Shown: positions 49,859 to 58,525 of the stretch, in pieces
How the letters are laid out: every line of letters starts with the position of its first letter
How positions within the stretch are numbered: the stretch's first letter is position 1
Translations under genes and position numbers: made by a program
Notes under the pieces: model-generated
The model's database searches: none
Seen by the model: only the letters and a program-made list of their open reading frames with translations
Told to the model about the DNA's origin: nothing
NCBI GenBank assembly: GCA_964593935.1
Contig: CAZQKN010000007.1
Location: forward strand, 74,004 to 138,003
Origin: an uncultured Akkermansia sp.
GTDB taxonomy: Bacteria > Bacteroidota > Bacteroidia > Flavobacteriales_D > Crocinitomicaceae
DNA length: 64,000 nt
Direction: 5' to 3'

Positions 49859-50800
49859 ATGAAAGTCGTTTTTCTGGATTCCGTACATCCCATTCTGGCG
49901 GAGAGACTTGCCGCACATGGCTACTCCATTTTTGATGCAACAGGATTTACCAAGGAACAGTGTCTTGCAGCCTTGTCCGATGCTGAAGGTATAGTCATTC
50001 GTTCGCGTTTTACTATGAATGAGGAATTCCTGCAATTCGCACCCAATCTTAAATGGATTGCACGATCGGGCGCAGGAATGGAGAATATCGATGAGCGTTA
50101 CTGTAAAAAAAGAGGGATTACTCTGTACAATGCTCCGGAAGGAAACAGAAATGCTGTAGGGGAACATGCCTTGGGCATGCTACTCTCACTCATGAACAAG
50201 CTGCATACGGCAGACAGAGAAGTACGATCCGGGAAATGGGACAGAGAGGGAAATCGTGGAGTTGAACTGGACGGCAAAACGGTCGGTATAATCGGCTATG
50301 GGAATAATGGTAGCGCCTTTGCAAAAAAACTGCGGGGATTTCACGTGAAATTGATGGCCTACGACAAATACAAAAAAGGCTTCGGCGATCATTTTGTTAT
50401 GGAATGCACCCTGAATGCGATCATGAAGAATGCTGATGTGATCTCTTTGCATATTCCGCAAAACAAGGATACGATTTGGATGATCAACGATGCTTTTTTC
50501 AATAAATTACAGAAACCTGTATGGTTCCTTAATTTGTCAAGAGGAAAGATCGTTGAAACAGCAGCCCTGGTCAATGCATTGAAAAACGGAAAAGTGCTGG
50601 GTGCAGGACTCGATGTGCTGGAATATGAGAAAAGTAGCTTCGAATCTTTCTTCGAACAAAAATTACCTTCAGATTTTGAATATTTGTTGAATGCTGAAAA
50701 TGTGATCTTGTCTCCACATGTCGGTGGTTGGACACAGGAAAGCTACTTTAAACTCAGTAATGTACTTGCGAATAAGATCCTAGGGGATATATGCGAATGA
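49859..50800 (+). CDS. D-isomer-specific 2-hydroxyacid dehydrogenase (SerA-like)
   Basis: The ATG at 49859 gives MKVVFLDSVHP. It has the NAD motif GIIGYGNNG, the RGKIV...LDVLEYE...SPHVGGWT catalytic pattern. The ORF-track start at 49784 translates the repeat element. Confidence 0.88.
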   Translation: MKVVFLDSVHPILAERLAAHGYSIFDATGFTKEQCLAALSDAEGIVIRSRFTMNEEFLQFAPNLKWIARSGAGMENIDERYCKKRGITLYNAPEGNRNAVGEHALGMLLSLMNKLHTADREVRSGKWDREGNRGVELDGKTVGIIGYGNNGSAFAKKLRGFHVKLMAYDKYKKGFGDHFVMECTLNAIMKNADVISLHIPQNKDTIWMINDAFFNKLQKPVWFLNLSRGKIVETAALVNALKNGKVLGAGLDVLEYEKSSFESFFEQKLPSDFEYLLNAENVILSPHVGGWTQESYFKLSNVLANKILGDICE

Positions 50801-50818
50801 TTTTGATTTGTAAATTGA

Positions 50819-51788
50819 TTATTTATTAATCCCGACATTCAATCCGAAAGCTGCATAAAAATTCTTAAAGTTGCCTGATGAACTTGTTTTAAACAAAAGG
50901 CCAGGACGTGATCCGAATTCGAGGCGAAGGCCCAAACCAATTAAATTTACCCAATCTGCATCAACGATAAAACGGTACCCAAAATTTCGAGTCGCGGGTT
51001 TTTCTACTAATTTAAATGTAGATCCGCCATATTCAGGTTTATCAATTAAACTGTTCTCAACATTTACTACAGGCATCCATAGGGCTTCAACAAAAACATC
51101 AACCTTGTTTCGTACAGATTTTTTACCATATGCCTCTCCAGTCTCAGAGTTCCGTGCGTTGATAACAAAATTTTGTGACATGCTGATATGAACTTCGCCA
51201 GATAAGCGAGTACCAGAAAAATTACGTTCCATAATTAAGGGAATTGTATGATTTTCCGCTCAAATCAACGATACTGAACAGGGTGTCATATTTTTGATTT
51301 TCCCTGAAACTATTTAAATAATATCCTGCACTTGCTGTTACTCCAACTTTTCTAAGCGTTGTGGCAGGAGCCATTATGTATGTTTCGTTTGTTATGGTAT
51401 AGTAACCAATATTCGAACTCGTCCTTTTCAACGAGACTTTTACATCCTCCTTTTGTTCCTTAGATTGAAAGAAGAAACTTCCACGACCACAAAAATTTTG
51501 GGGATTTTTTTGAATTAAATTCATTGTTTGCTTTTGGACATTATCCCATTTTTGTTGGGTTTTTTGAAATTCACCCGAAATCGTTATTCGTTTACCCAAA
51601 TTGAAAGATCCATTGAAATAGTAACCTGAACGGTTATTGCCAGAACTGTAATCCCCATCCATAATGACTCCACCTTTAAAATGAACAGACATCTGAGGGT
51701 TATCCTTTAAAACCTCATAGTTAATTTTTTGACACAATGCGTTAGTAATTTACGCAAACATTAAAGCAGTTAAACTATATTTTTTCAT
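50819..51788 (-). pseudogene. disrupted paralog of the 52794-53648 secreted protein (in-frame TAA plus frameshift)
   Basis: The ATG at 51788 encodes MKKYSLTALMFA, then TAA (51750-51752), then the same frame continues ITNALCQKINYEVLKDNP. The frame switches at 51222-51232 (..SLNYGT* / MERNFSGTR..). The paralog reads straight through both points (QYKVLKNDP; DDNYGNSFRSFG). Confidence 0.7.
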
Positions 51789-51803
51789 GTCATACTTTTT
51801 TAA

Positions 51804-51811
51804 CAAAACTA
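51804..51811 (-). promoter_or_regulatory. candidate -7 box TAGTTTTG of the pseudogene promoter
   Basis: Plus strand reads CAAAACTA. It is 15 nt upstream of the ATG at 51788 and exactly 20 nt from the operator arm. Confidence 0.45.
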
Positions 51812-51831
51812 TACTGGTGCGATTCTGCTGG

Positions 51832-51853
51832 AAATACGCAATACTGTGTAATT
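51832..51853. promoter_or_regulatory. degenerate copy of the palindromic operator
   Basis: AAATACGCA-ATAC-TGTGTAATT. The promoter-proximal arm is perfect. The distal arm matches 7/9. Confidence 0.4.
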
Positions 51854-51989
51854 ACACAATAAACTTTATAACCGGACTAGCTGTTTTTTAGAAAAATAAA
51901 ATCTTAAACTCTTCGAAACGATTTTGAGTATGCCTCTCTGAAAGAAACTTTTCAGAAGAATTCATTAAGGGGGCGAAACCAATATACTG

Positions 51990-52790
51990 TCAGTTATTCT
52001 TATCCAACATGAATCTAAAACCCAAGAACAAATCCATGCGCTTACCGGAGGAAGGGATTGGACCACGATTATTTATCCAGCTGTAATGGCTACACGCATA
52101 GAGTCCCCACTTCGACTGCAGTTCTAATTTTACATTTGCAAAATCCGGATCCGGATAAAAAGCATTAGGCTGATAGGCATCTTCCACATTGATCGGCCGC
52201 GCATAAGTGAATCCATACCCGCCGGATAGTTCGGCTTGCAAAAAATCGGAAAGAACGAAATTGACCATTAAATGTGGCCCGACCGTCAGATACCAACCCT
52301 GCGGATTCAGTGTGAATTGTCCATTCAATGAGTCAACAGTATACCTGGCGGCGTACAGATAATCCGTATGTGAAACTCCTATGGAATACTGTATTCGTCC
52401 ATTGGGTTTGTTCAGATTCACATCCAGATCGATCTGAGCGAGTAATGTGCCTAAATACGTGTTTTCCTCAACATAGATATCCTTTTCTCCCTTTGTGACA
52501 GATCGGAGGAGACTAACAAGATCTCCTATACTTTTGTTGTTGATGTTCAATCGAATCCCTCCCCTATCCGTATCAACCCTCTTATAATTGAAATCAAAGG
52601 ATAACGCATTGACCGTGTGTCTTTCCGGATATGGAGCCACCTTGTTTCGCAACATACTGAGTGTCGGATTAAAACCAAGATAGGATTCGTTTGCTCCGTA
52701 ACGTTCTCCCAAATAGGTGAATGATTCAACACTCGTTTGTGATTGCGCTGTAATACTCAAAAGGATCAGAAATACAAAGCACACCCTCAT
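51990..52790 (-). CDS. hypothetical secreted beta-rich protein
   Basis: 266 aa with signal peptide MRVCFVFLILLSITAQSQ. It starts 3 nt after the upstream gene's stop, so it is probably co-transcribed. I recognise no family. Confidence 0.75.
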   Translation of the reverse strand: MRVCFVFLILLSITAQSQTSVESFTYLGERYGANESYLGFNPTLSMLRNKVAPYPERHTVNALSFDFNYKRVDTDRGGIRLNINNKSIGDLVSLLRSVTKGEKDIYVEENTYLGTLLAQIDLDVNLNKPNGRIQYSIGVSHTDYLYAARYTVDSLNGQFTLNPQGWYLTVGPHLMVNFVLSDFLQAELSGGYGFTYARPINVEDAYQPNAFYPDPDFANVKLELQSKWGLYACSHYSWINNRGPIPSSGKRMDLFLGFRFMLDKNN

Positions 52791-52793
52791 TGA

Positions 52794-53648
52794 TCAGCGT
52801 TTCAAGATTGAAATCCCGATACCAGCTGACAAATTCCATCCCTGATGTGGTCTGTATCCAAAACTTGCCGTACCGCTTATACCGAATTTCTTTCCGGTAA
52901 ACTCTTTCCTTTCAACCTGATACAAACGGTACCCGAAACGAAAACCAAATGGCTGTGATTTATGCTTTTCGCTCACACCTGTTTCAATGCTTTTGAAGGT
53001 GTTAACAGGAAGAACGAGGACATCAAAGAATACATCACTACCAAAAGATCTGAAACTATTCCCATAATTGTCGTCATATATAACGATGTTGGTGATCTTC
53101 CTCGACAGGATCCCGGCATAGAAACCGATACTTGTGTGCGCAAGAAGATTATCCGTCTCCGTAAATTCGAATGCGCTTCGCTTAAAGATTGCACCACCCT
53201 GGATCCCCAACTTTTTGCGCAACGTTGCAGGGACAGACAACGATTTCGTCATCGTATAGGTTGTGTTACCAACAGATTTGTCTTTTGAATCCAGAACAAC
53301 ATCCACCGTTCTGTTGAAGGTGTTATCGGTAAGAAAGAGTTGAATTCCGGCATTGACATCTAAATTACCCGGAAACTGTTTGTTCAGTAATCTTCCCAAT
53401 ACCATGTAACTCTTATTGATCTGATAAGCCACATTCAGATTGTTTGTGAGCTTTGAGTATCCGAAAAGTCCGATGTTCAGCGACAGATTATCGACAAATT
53501 TTGTGTTGACATCCATGTTCATGAATTCGAGGTTCAGGGAATTTTTCGGCTCGGCCGGATCGTTCTTTAGGACCTTGTATTGGATCAGGTCCTGACTGAA
53601 CAGGTAGCTTGCAGAAAGCATTAAAATGGTAGACAGTGCTGTTTTCAT
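52794..53648 (-). CDS. hypothetical secreted beta-rich (outer-membrane-like) protein, intact paralog of the pseudogene
   Basis: 284 aa with signal peptide MKTALSTILMLSASYLFSQ. It shares QYKVLKNDP, PATLRKKLG, NYGNSF and FGFRFGY blocks with the 50819-51788 reading frames. Confidence 0.78.
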   Translation of the reverse strand: MKTALSTILMLSASYLFSQDLIQYKVLKNDPAEPKNSLNLEFMNMDVNTKFVDNLSLNIGLFGYSKLTNNLNVAYQINKSYMVLGRLLNKQFPGNLDVNAGIQLFLTDNTFNRTVDVVLDSKDKSVGNTTYTMTKSLSVPATLRKKLGIQGGAIFKRSAFEFTETDNLLAHTSIGFYAGILSRKITNIVIYDDNYGNSFRSFGSDVFFDVLVLPVNTFKSIETGVSEKHKSQPFGFRFGYRLYQVERKEFTGKKFGISGTASFGYRPHQGWNLSAGIGISILKR

Positions 53649-53670
53649 TTTTAAAGTTTTAATTACACTG

Positions 53671-53678
53671 CAAAGGTC
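53671..53678 (-). promoter_or_regulatory. candidate -7 box GACCTTTG (7/8 match)
   Basis: Plus strand reads CAAAGGTC. It is 22 nt upstream of the ATG at 53648 and exactly 20 nt from the operator arm. Confidence 0.4.
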
Positions 53679-53698
53679 AGTTGTTGCCGGTCATTGTG

Positions 53699-53720
53699 AA
53701 ATACGCAACCTTGCGTATAT
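53699..53720. promoter_or_regulatory. palindromic operator copy 2
   Basis: AAATACGCA-ACCT-TGCGTATAT. The arms match 8/9. The core ATACGCAA-CC-TTGCGTAT is a perfect inverted repeat. Confidence 0.55.
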
Positions 53721-53825
53721 TTAAGTACGATGTACTGAACATAAGATCAAATCAGGGTTTTTAAAGACCATCTTTCATTTTGATTTTCAATGTATCAAGC
53801 CTCAACAGGTGAAATAATGAATTTC

Positions 53826-53870
53826 GAAAACAAAAGAGCCGTCATGAGATGAACATCTCTTTACGGCTTT
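53826..53870 (-). terminator. rho-independent terminator after the BNR/T9SS gene
   Basis: On the minus strand: AGCCGT aaa GAGATG tt CATCTC atg ACGGCT, followed by CTTTTGTTTTC. Confidence 0.6.
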
Positions 53871-53914
53871 GGATCGTAATTCGACTAATATAACAGTCCT
53901 GTATGCGTCTTTGC

Positions 53915-55147
53915 TTATTCAACAATTACTTTACTCAGACTTGTGTTTCCACTGTTTGTAATGATCTCAAGGTAATAACACCCCGTTGAAAGTTCCCCTA
54001 ATTGTATTGTATGTTCTTTAACATTATCAAGTTTGTCACAGAACAATACTCTACACGAATGATCCATAATCCGCAGCGAGATCATCGGGTCAGTAGATTC
54101 CAGATTTAAAAGGTCATTCGCAGGGTTGGGAAACGCCTTCACATCGAAATTTTTTAATTCGGATAATGCATTAAAATCTCCTTTCCGATAAACTCCTTCT
54201 CCTGGAACACTTATATCAAATGCATAGAAAACATAACCATTATATTCTGTGATCTCAGCTTCATTTAAGGCTTGAGGAAGGTCACCGGTGATGTTTGTCC
54301 AGTTAGCACCTTCGTTAGAGGAGACAAAAAGGCTGTCTATTTCACCAAATACTCCAAAGGCGTTTTTCATGTAAATATTTCCTGAAACCGAATTTCGATA
54401 GACGAGCTTTGGTTTAATCCCCCAAAATGGAGGGGTTGTAATTGTTGTCCAACTATTCCCTTGATCTGTACTTTTATATCTTCCAGTGGATTGATCCATG
54501 TAATAGAGGTCCGTCCCCAAACGAAACAATTGATACCCTGCAAGATGACTGGTTGAAATCCCTGTATTTGATTGTACCCAAGTGTCTCCATAGTCATCGG
54601 ATACATAAACCCCACCATTTATGGTGCATGCCAAAAGACGATTGCCAATAGACTCTAACTTCTCAACATTGAGTACCGTAAGTCCATTATTTATTTGGAT
54701 CCAGTTTGTCCCTCCATCAGAGGATCGGTAAACTCCTGAATTTGTTGTGTAACAATAGAGCTTATCGGATAAGGCATAAAAGCCGTCAACCACAGAACTT
54801 TGTGGTCCTCCAACTGCCACTTGCCAGGTTGCCCCATCATCTTCAGTGTAATAGACATCGTTAGAAATTACATTAAGACCAAAGAATAACCGGTTACCAT
54901 AGGAAAAAGTTGAAACAGGAAGGCCAAAAGCCACCGGTGGAGCAATTTCCGACCAATTGTTACCGTAATCATCACTGGTGTACAATTTATAGCCCCCCAA
55001 TGTACCCGTATACATTTTCCCATTATGTCCGGATATTGTTAAAACACCAAATGAAAGATCTTGTATACCATTATTTACCTGCGACCATTGGCTAAAACAT
55101 AAATTACCCAAGAGTAGAGCACTTGCAGAAAAAAATATCTTTTTCAT
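53915..55147 (-). CDS. BNR/Asp-box repeat beta-propeller protein with T9SS C-terminal sorting domain
   Basis: Has a signal peptide and six S/TxDxGxxW boxes: SDDYGNNW, TEDDGATW, SSDGGTNW, SDDYGDTW, STDQGNSW and SSNEGANW. The tail is VKAFPNPANDLLNL...GCYYLEIITNSG. Confidence 0.88.
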   Translation of the reverse strand: MKKIFFSASALLLGNLCFSQWSQVNNGIQDLSFGVLTISGHNGKMYTGTLGGYKLYTSDDYGNNWSEIAPPVAFGLPVSTFSYGNRLFFGLNVISNDVYYTEDDGATWQVAVGGPQSSVVDGFYALSDKLYCYTTNSGVYRSSDGGTNWIQINNGLTVLNVEKLESIGNRLLACTINGGVYVSDDYGDTWVQSNTGISTSHLAGYQLFRLGTDLYYMDQSTGRYKSTDQGNSWTTITTPPFWGIKPKLVYRNSVSGNIYMKNAFGVFGEIDSLFVSSNEGANWTNITGDLPQALNEAEITEYNGYVFYAFDISVPGEGVYRKGDFNALSELKNFDVKAFPNPANDLLNLESTDPMISLRIMDHSCRVLFCDKLDNVKEHTIQLGELSTGCYYLEIITNSGNTSLSKVIVE

Positions 55148-55195
55148 ATTTTGCTTGATTAAATTTTTAACTTTTCACTTTAGAATTACTCCGGA

Positions 55196-55203
55196 CAAAA
55201 TTA
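55196..55203 (-). promoter_or_regulatory. candidate -7 box TAATTTTG for the BNR/T9SS gene
   Basis: Plus strand reads CAAAATTA. It is 48 nt upstream of the ATG at 55147 and exactly 20 nt from the operator arm. Confidence 0.5.
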
Positions 55204-55223
55204 CCGTTGCATCCATTGATGCG

Positions 55224-55245
55224 AAATACGCAGTGTTGCGTATTT
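55224..55245. promoter_or_regulatory. palindromic operator copy 1 (perfect), shared by the divergent promoters
   Basis: AAATACGCA-GTGT-TGCGTATTT with perfect 9-bp arms. It is centred between two TAATTTTG boxes. Confidence 0.6.
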
Positions 55246-55265
55246 TAAAGGCGGTGGATACCGAT

Positions 55266-55273
55266 TAATTTTG
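55266..55273 (+). promoter_or_regulatory. candidate -7 box TAATTTTG for the response regulator / kinase operon
   Basis: It is 13 nt upstream of the ATG at 55287 and exactly 20 nt from the operator arm. Confidence 0.5.
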
Positions 55274-55286
55274 TCAAAAAATTGAT

Positions 55287-55934
55287 ATGATCCAAGTTGC
55301 TATCGTTGAGGATATAACGCGAATTGCTGAGGCTTTAAAAGCTAAGATCCTACTTTCACCTGATTTCAAATTGAAATTCACTGCGGCAAATGGGGAGGAA
55401 ATGATCAGGTTATTGGAGCGTGACCACAATGTGGATGTGATAATCATGGATATTAACATGCCGGTAATGAATGGTATAGAAGCCACAACTCAGATCACGA
55501 CCCGCTGGCCTCAGATCAAGATCCTTATGTCTTCTGTTTTCGATGATGAACAAAACCTGTTCGACGCTATGATGGCCGGAGCTTGCGGTTATTTGCTGAA
55601 GGATGAGGTCCCACAGAAGATCCACCGCTCAATTTTTGAAGCTTTGGAAGGTGGAATGCCAATGAGCGCAATGATCGCCAAAAAGGCCTTGCAGCTTATT
55701 CGCAGGTCTTCCCCATCAGTCAATTCACTGGACCAAATCGATTATCAACTGACCGAAAGAGAAGTGCAAGTGCTTGAACAGTTATCTAAGGGCCTGAGCT
55801 ATGAGCAAATTGCGGATAATTTATTTATCAGTTATGGTACAGTGCGAAAACATGTAGAGAATATCTACCGAAAGTTGGAAGTTAATAATCGAACGGGAGC
55901 ATTGGATAAAGGTAAAAAAGGAGGAATAATTTAA
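55287..55934 (+). CDS. NarL/FixJ-family response regulator (receiver + LuxR-type HTH)
   Basis: Receiver residues are E8/D9, D55 (IIMDINMP) and K (GYLLKD). The HTH region is LTEREVQVLEQLSKGLSYEQIADNLFISYGTVRKHVENIYRKL. Confidence 0.93.
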   Translation: MIQVAIVEDITRIAEALKAKILLSPDFKLKFTAANGEEMIRLLERDHNVDVIIMDINMPVMNGIEATTQITTRWPQIKILMSSVFDDEQNLFDAMMAGACGYLLKDEVPQKIHRSIFEALEGGMPMSAMIAKKALQLIRRSSPSVNSLDQIDYQLTEREVQVLEQLSKGLSYEQIADNLFISYGTVRKHVENIYRKLEVNNRTGALDKGKKGGII

Positions 55935-55936
55935 GT

Positions 55937-57664
55937 ATGCGTTTAAGTTTTTGGATCGTTTTTGTCAGAAGCAGGATGAAGAAAAGTGCTTTAGTAGCCA
56001 TTATTTTACTGCTAGTTCCTGTTTGTACAATTAGCCAAAACAGAAAACAGATCGACTCATTGAACCATCTTCCTTTCGAACAAAAAGTAAATGATCCCGG
56101 TAATTTGGTTCAAACTTATCTGACCTGTGCGGCACAGGCAAAAAAAACCGGCTACACCTTCGGAGAAATGGAAGCTTACGAGAACGTTAGCTTACTCTAT
56201 TATTACCTCGGAAAATATGATCTTGAGCTCCAATATGCGCTGCGCTCCATTGCCGGTTACAAGAGAATGGGGAAAATAGATAAGCTTGCGCGGTCGTACG
56301 GAGAATTGGGTTATCGCATGAAACGTCGTGATCTCAACAATGCGGTTTATTACATGCGAAAAAGCCTTCAATTGGCCGAGTCAAAAGGTTACGAAAGAAT
56401 TCTCATGGGGCTGTATGATAATTATGGCGTTCTTAAAGAAATGCAGCTTGACTATGACAGTGCTTACATCTATTATACCCGTGGACACGAATTAAAGCGA
56501 AAATACAAAGACCGATCGGGCCTGCCGTACAGCCTAAATAATTTGGGAGGCCTGATGGTACTTCAGGATAAACTAGATCAGGCGAAACCGTATTTTGAAG
56601 AGGCTTTGCAGCTAAGACTCAAACTGCGCGATACACTTGGGGTTTGTGAAACCTTTTTGATACTCTCTGATATTTACATTGCTGAAAGTGATCCCAATTC
56701 AGCAAGGAGTAATTTAGATTTTGTGATTGAGTATGCCGGCAAGAAAGAACTGTATTTTCTTTTGTCCTCGGCATACCAAAAACGAGCCAAATTAAACGAA
56801 CAAGAGGGTAAACTCAAGGATGCCTTGTTTGATGAACGAAATGGTATTCGCTTCAAGGATAGTCTTGCCAATGAATCGATGCGCAATAAGCTGGCTGAGC
56901 TTCAAGTTCAGTTCGAAACACAGGAAAAAGAATACGAATTGCTCAATGAACGCCTAATAACCAACAGCTTCAGAAACTGGTTATGGGTGCTTGGATTAAC
57001 GGTAGTGGTGGTTTTACTTTCTGCGCTTACTATCCAATTCAGAAGGACATCAGAAAAGCGTCGTCTGGAATTGCAAAATTTAAAGGACCTTGAATTTGAA
57101 CGAATGCGCATTTCCCGCGACCTGCATGACAATATTGGGGCCGAGCTAACGCTCATTACATCTAAACTTGATATCAAAGCTGCAACAACGAACAAACCCG
57201 AAGACCAATCTGAACTGAGCGATCTTGCAACACTGAGCAGAGGTGCTTCTGTTCTTTTGAGAGAAACGATCTGGTCGATCCGACAGGATGCGATCAAAAA
57301 AGCGGAGCTGCTCGAAAAAATAGAACAGTTTGCAATGAAGCGATCTCATGACAAACTCAAAATCAATTCTGAAATAGAATGTGATGGATCACAAAAAATT
57401 GCTCCGGCAAATGCATTACATCTCTACAGGATAGCACAGGAGGCGATAAACAACTCCATTAAATATTCAAAAGCAACGGAAGTGACTGTAAAGTTCAGTG
57501 AGAACAGTTTTACAGTTTCGGACAATGGAGAAGGGTTTGACCTTGAGAATTATACACCGGGATACGGAGTTCAAAACATGAAGCAAAGGACAGAGGAAAT
57601 GGGTGCCGATTTCGAAATCAAATCAGATCCATCGGGTACGTCTATTCAGATATTGAATTACTGA
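55937..57664 (+). CDS. sensor histidine kinase with extracytoplasmic TPR-like domain (HisKA_3 + HATPase_c)
   Basis: Has a signal/TM segment, TPR-like repeats of about 300 aa, and a second TM (WLWVLGLTVVVVLLSALTI). The H-box is RISRDLHDNIGAEL, the N box NNSIKYS, and the G boxes DNGEGF and GYGVQNM. An alternative ATG is at 55976. Confidence 0.9.
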   Translation: MRLSFWIVFVRSRMKKSALVAIILLLVPVCTISQNRKQIDSLNHLPFEQKVNDPGNLVQTYLTCAAQAKKTGYTFGEMEAYENVSLLYYYLGKYDLELQYALRSIAGYKRMGKIDKLARSYGELGYRMKRRDLNNAVYYMRKSLQLAESKGYERILMGLYDNYGVLKEMQLDYDSAYIYYTRGHELKRKYKDRSGLPYSLNNLGGLMVLQDKLDQAKPYFEEALQLRLKLRDTLGVCETFLILSDIYIAESDPNSARSNLDFVIEYAGKKELYFLLSSAYQKRAKLNEQEGKLKDALFDERNGIRFKDSLANESMRNKLAELQVQFETQEKEYELLNERLITNSFRNWLWVLGLTVVVVLLSALTIQFRRTSEKRRLELQNLKDLEFERMRISRDLHDNIGAELTLITSKLDIKAATTNKPEDQSELSDLATLSRGASVLLRETIWSIRQDAIKKAELLEKIEQFAMKRSHDKLKINSEIECDGSQKIAPANALHLYRIAQEAINNSIKYSKATEVTVKFSENSFTVSDNGEGFDLENYTPGYGVQNMKQRTEEMGADFEIKSDPSGTSIQILNY

Positions 57665-58518
57665 TGGAACGTTCTTATACGCAATAAATTCCCGTAATAG
57701 AGATCTTTACCTGTCGTGGTTTTCATCCACAGTTCCTTCACTTCGATCTGACGTCCTTCGCAATACATTTCCGCCAGCCAACTAATCATGTCGTTATCCA
57801 GCGTCGGAGAATACGTATTCATGATCAGAAATGCGTCGTCATCCAGCAGTTCTGCGGCAGAAGCCATCAATTCATCGATCTTTTCCTCAAGGATCCATTT
57901 TTCGCCTTTGGCGCCGTGCCCGTATGCGGGAGGATCCATGATGATCCCTTTGTATTTGTTTCCTCTTTTTTGTTCGCGCTGAGCAAATTTTAAAGCATCT
58001 TCCAACACCCATTTGATGTTGAGTAGTCTACTCTCCTCCATGTTGGATTTTGCCCAGGTGATCAATTGTTTAACGGAGTCCACATGAACGGTTTCCGCGC
58101 CCGTATAACGGGCAACACACGATGCAGCACCGGTATAGGCGAACAAATTGAGGAAGCGGTCCTCAGAAGTGATCTTTTCACTAATGAGATCCCAGTTAAT
58201 GCGCTGCTCGGGGAATAATCCCAAATGTTTGAACTTGGTTAATTCCAATCGGAAACGCAACTTCTGATAAGTGATCACCCACTCTCTCGGAGCATCCTTC
58301 TTCAATTGCTTCCACACTCCAGATTGACCACCTTTTGGGATGAACTCCCAATGCGACATCTTAGACCATTCGGAAAAAGGGATCTCCGATTTGAAATAAG
58401 CCTGTAACTCCGGTCGGATGGTAATGATCTTACCCCATCGTTCGAGTTTTTTACCTCCACCGGCATCGATCAGTTCATAATCTTCCCAGCCTTGAGTAAA
58501 AACACGTTCCGCTGCCAT
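57658..58518 (-). CDS. class I SAM-dependent methyltransferase (RlmI/COG1092-like C-terminal domain type)
   Basis: 286 aa with FLNLFAYTGAASCVA (SAM motif I) and IIMDPPAYG (motif IV). Confidence 0.85.
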   Translation of the reverse strand: MAAERVFTQGWEDYELIDAGGGKKLERWGKIITIRPELQAYFKSEIPFSEWSKMSHWEFIPKGGQSGVWKQLKKDAPREWVITYQKLRFRLELTKFKHLGLFPEQRINWDLISEKITSEDRFLNLFAYTGAASCVARYTGAETVHVDSVKQLITWAKSNMEESRLLNIKWVLEDALKFAQREQKRGNKYKGIIMDPPAYGHGAKGEKWILEEKIDELMASAAELLDDDAFLIMNTYSPTLDNDMISWLAEMYCEGRQIEVKELWMKTTTGKDLYYGNLLRIRTFHQ

Positions 58519-58525
58519 AGATAAT

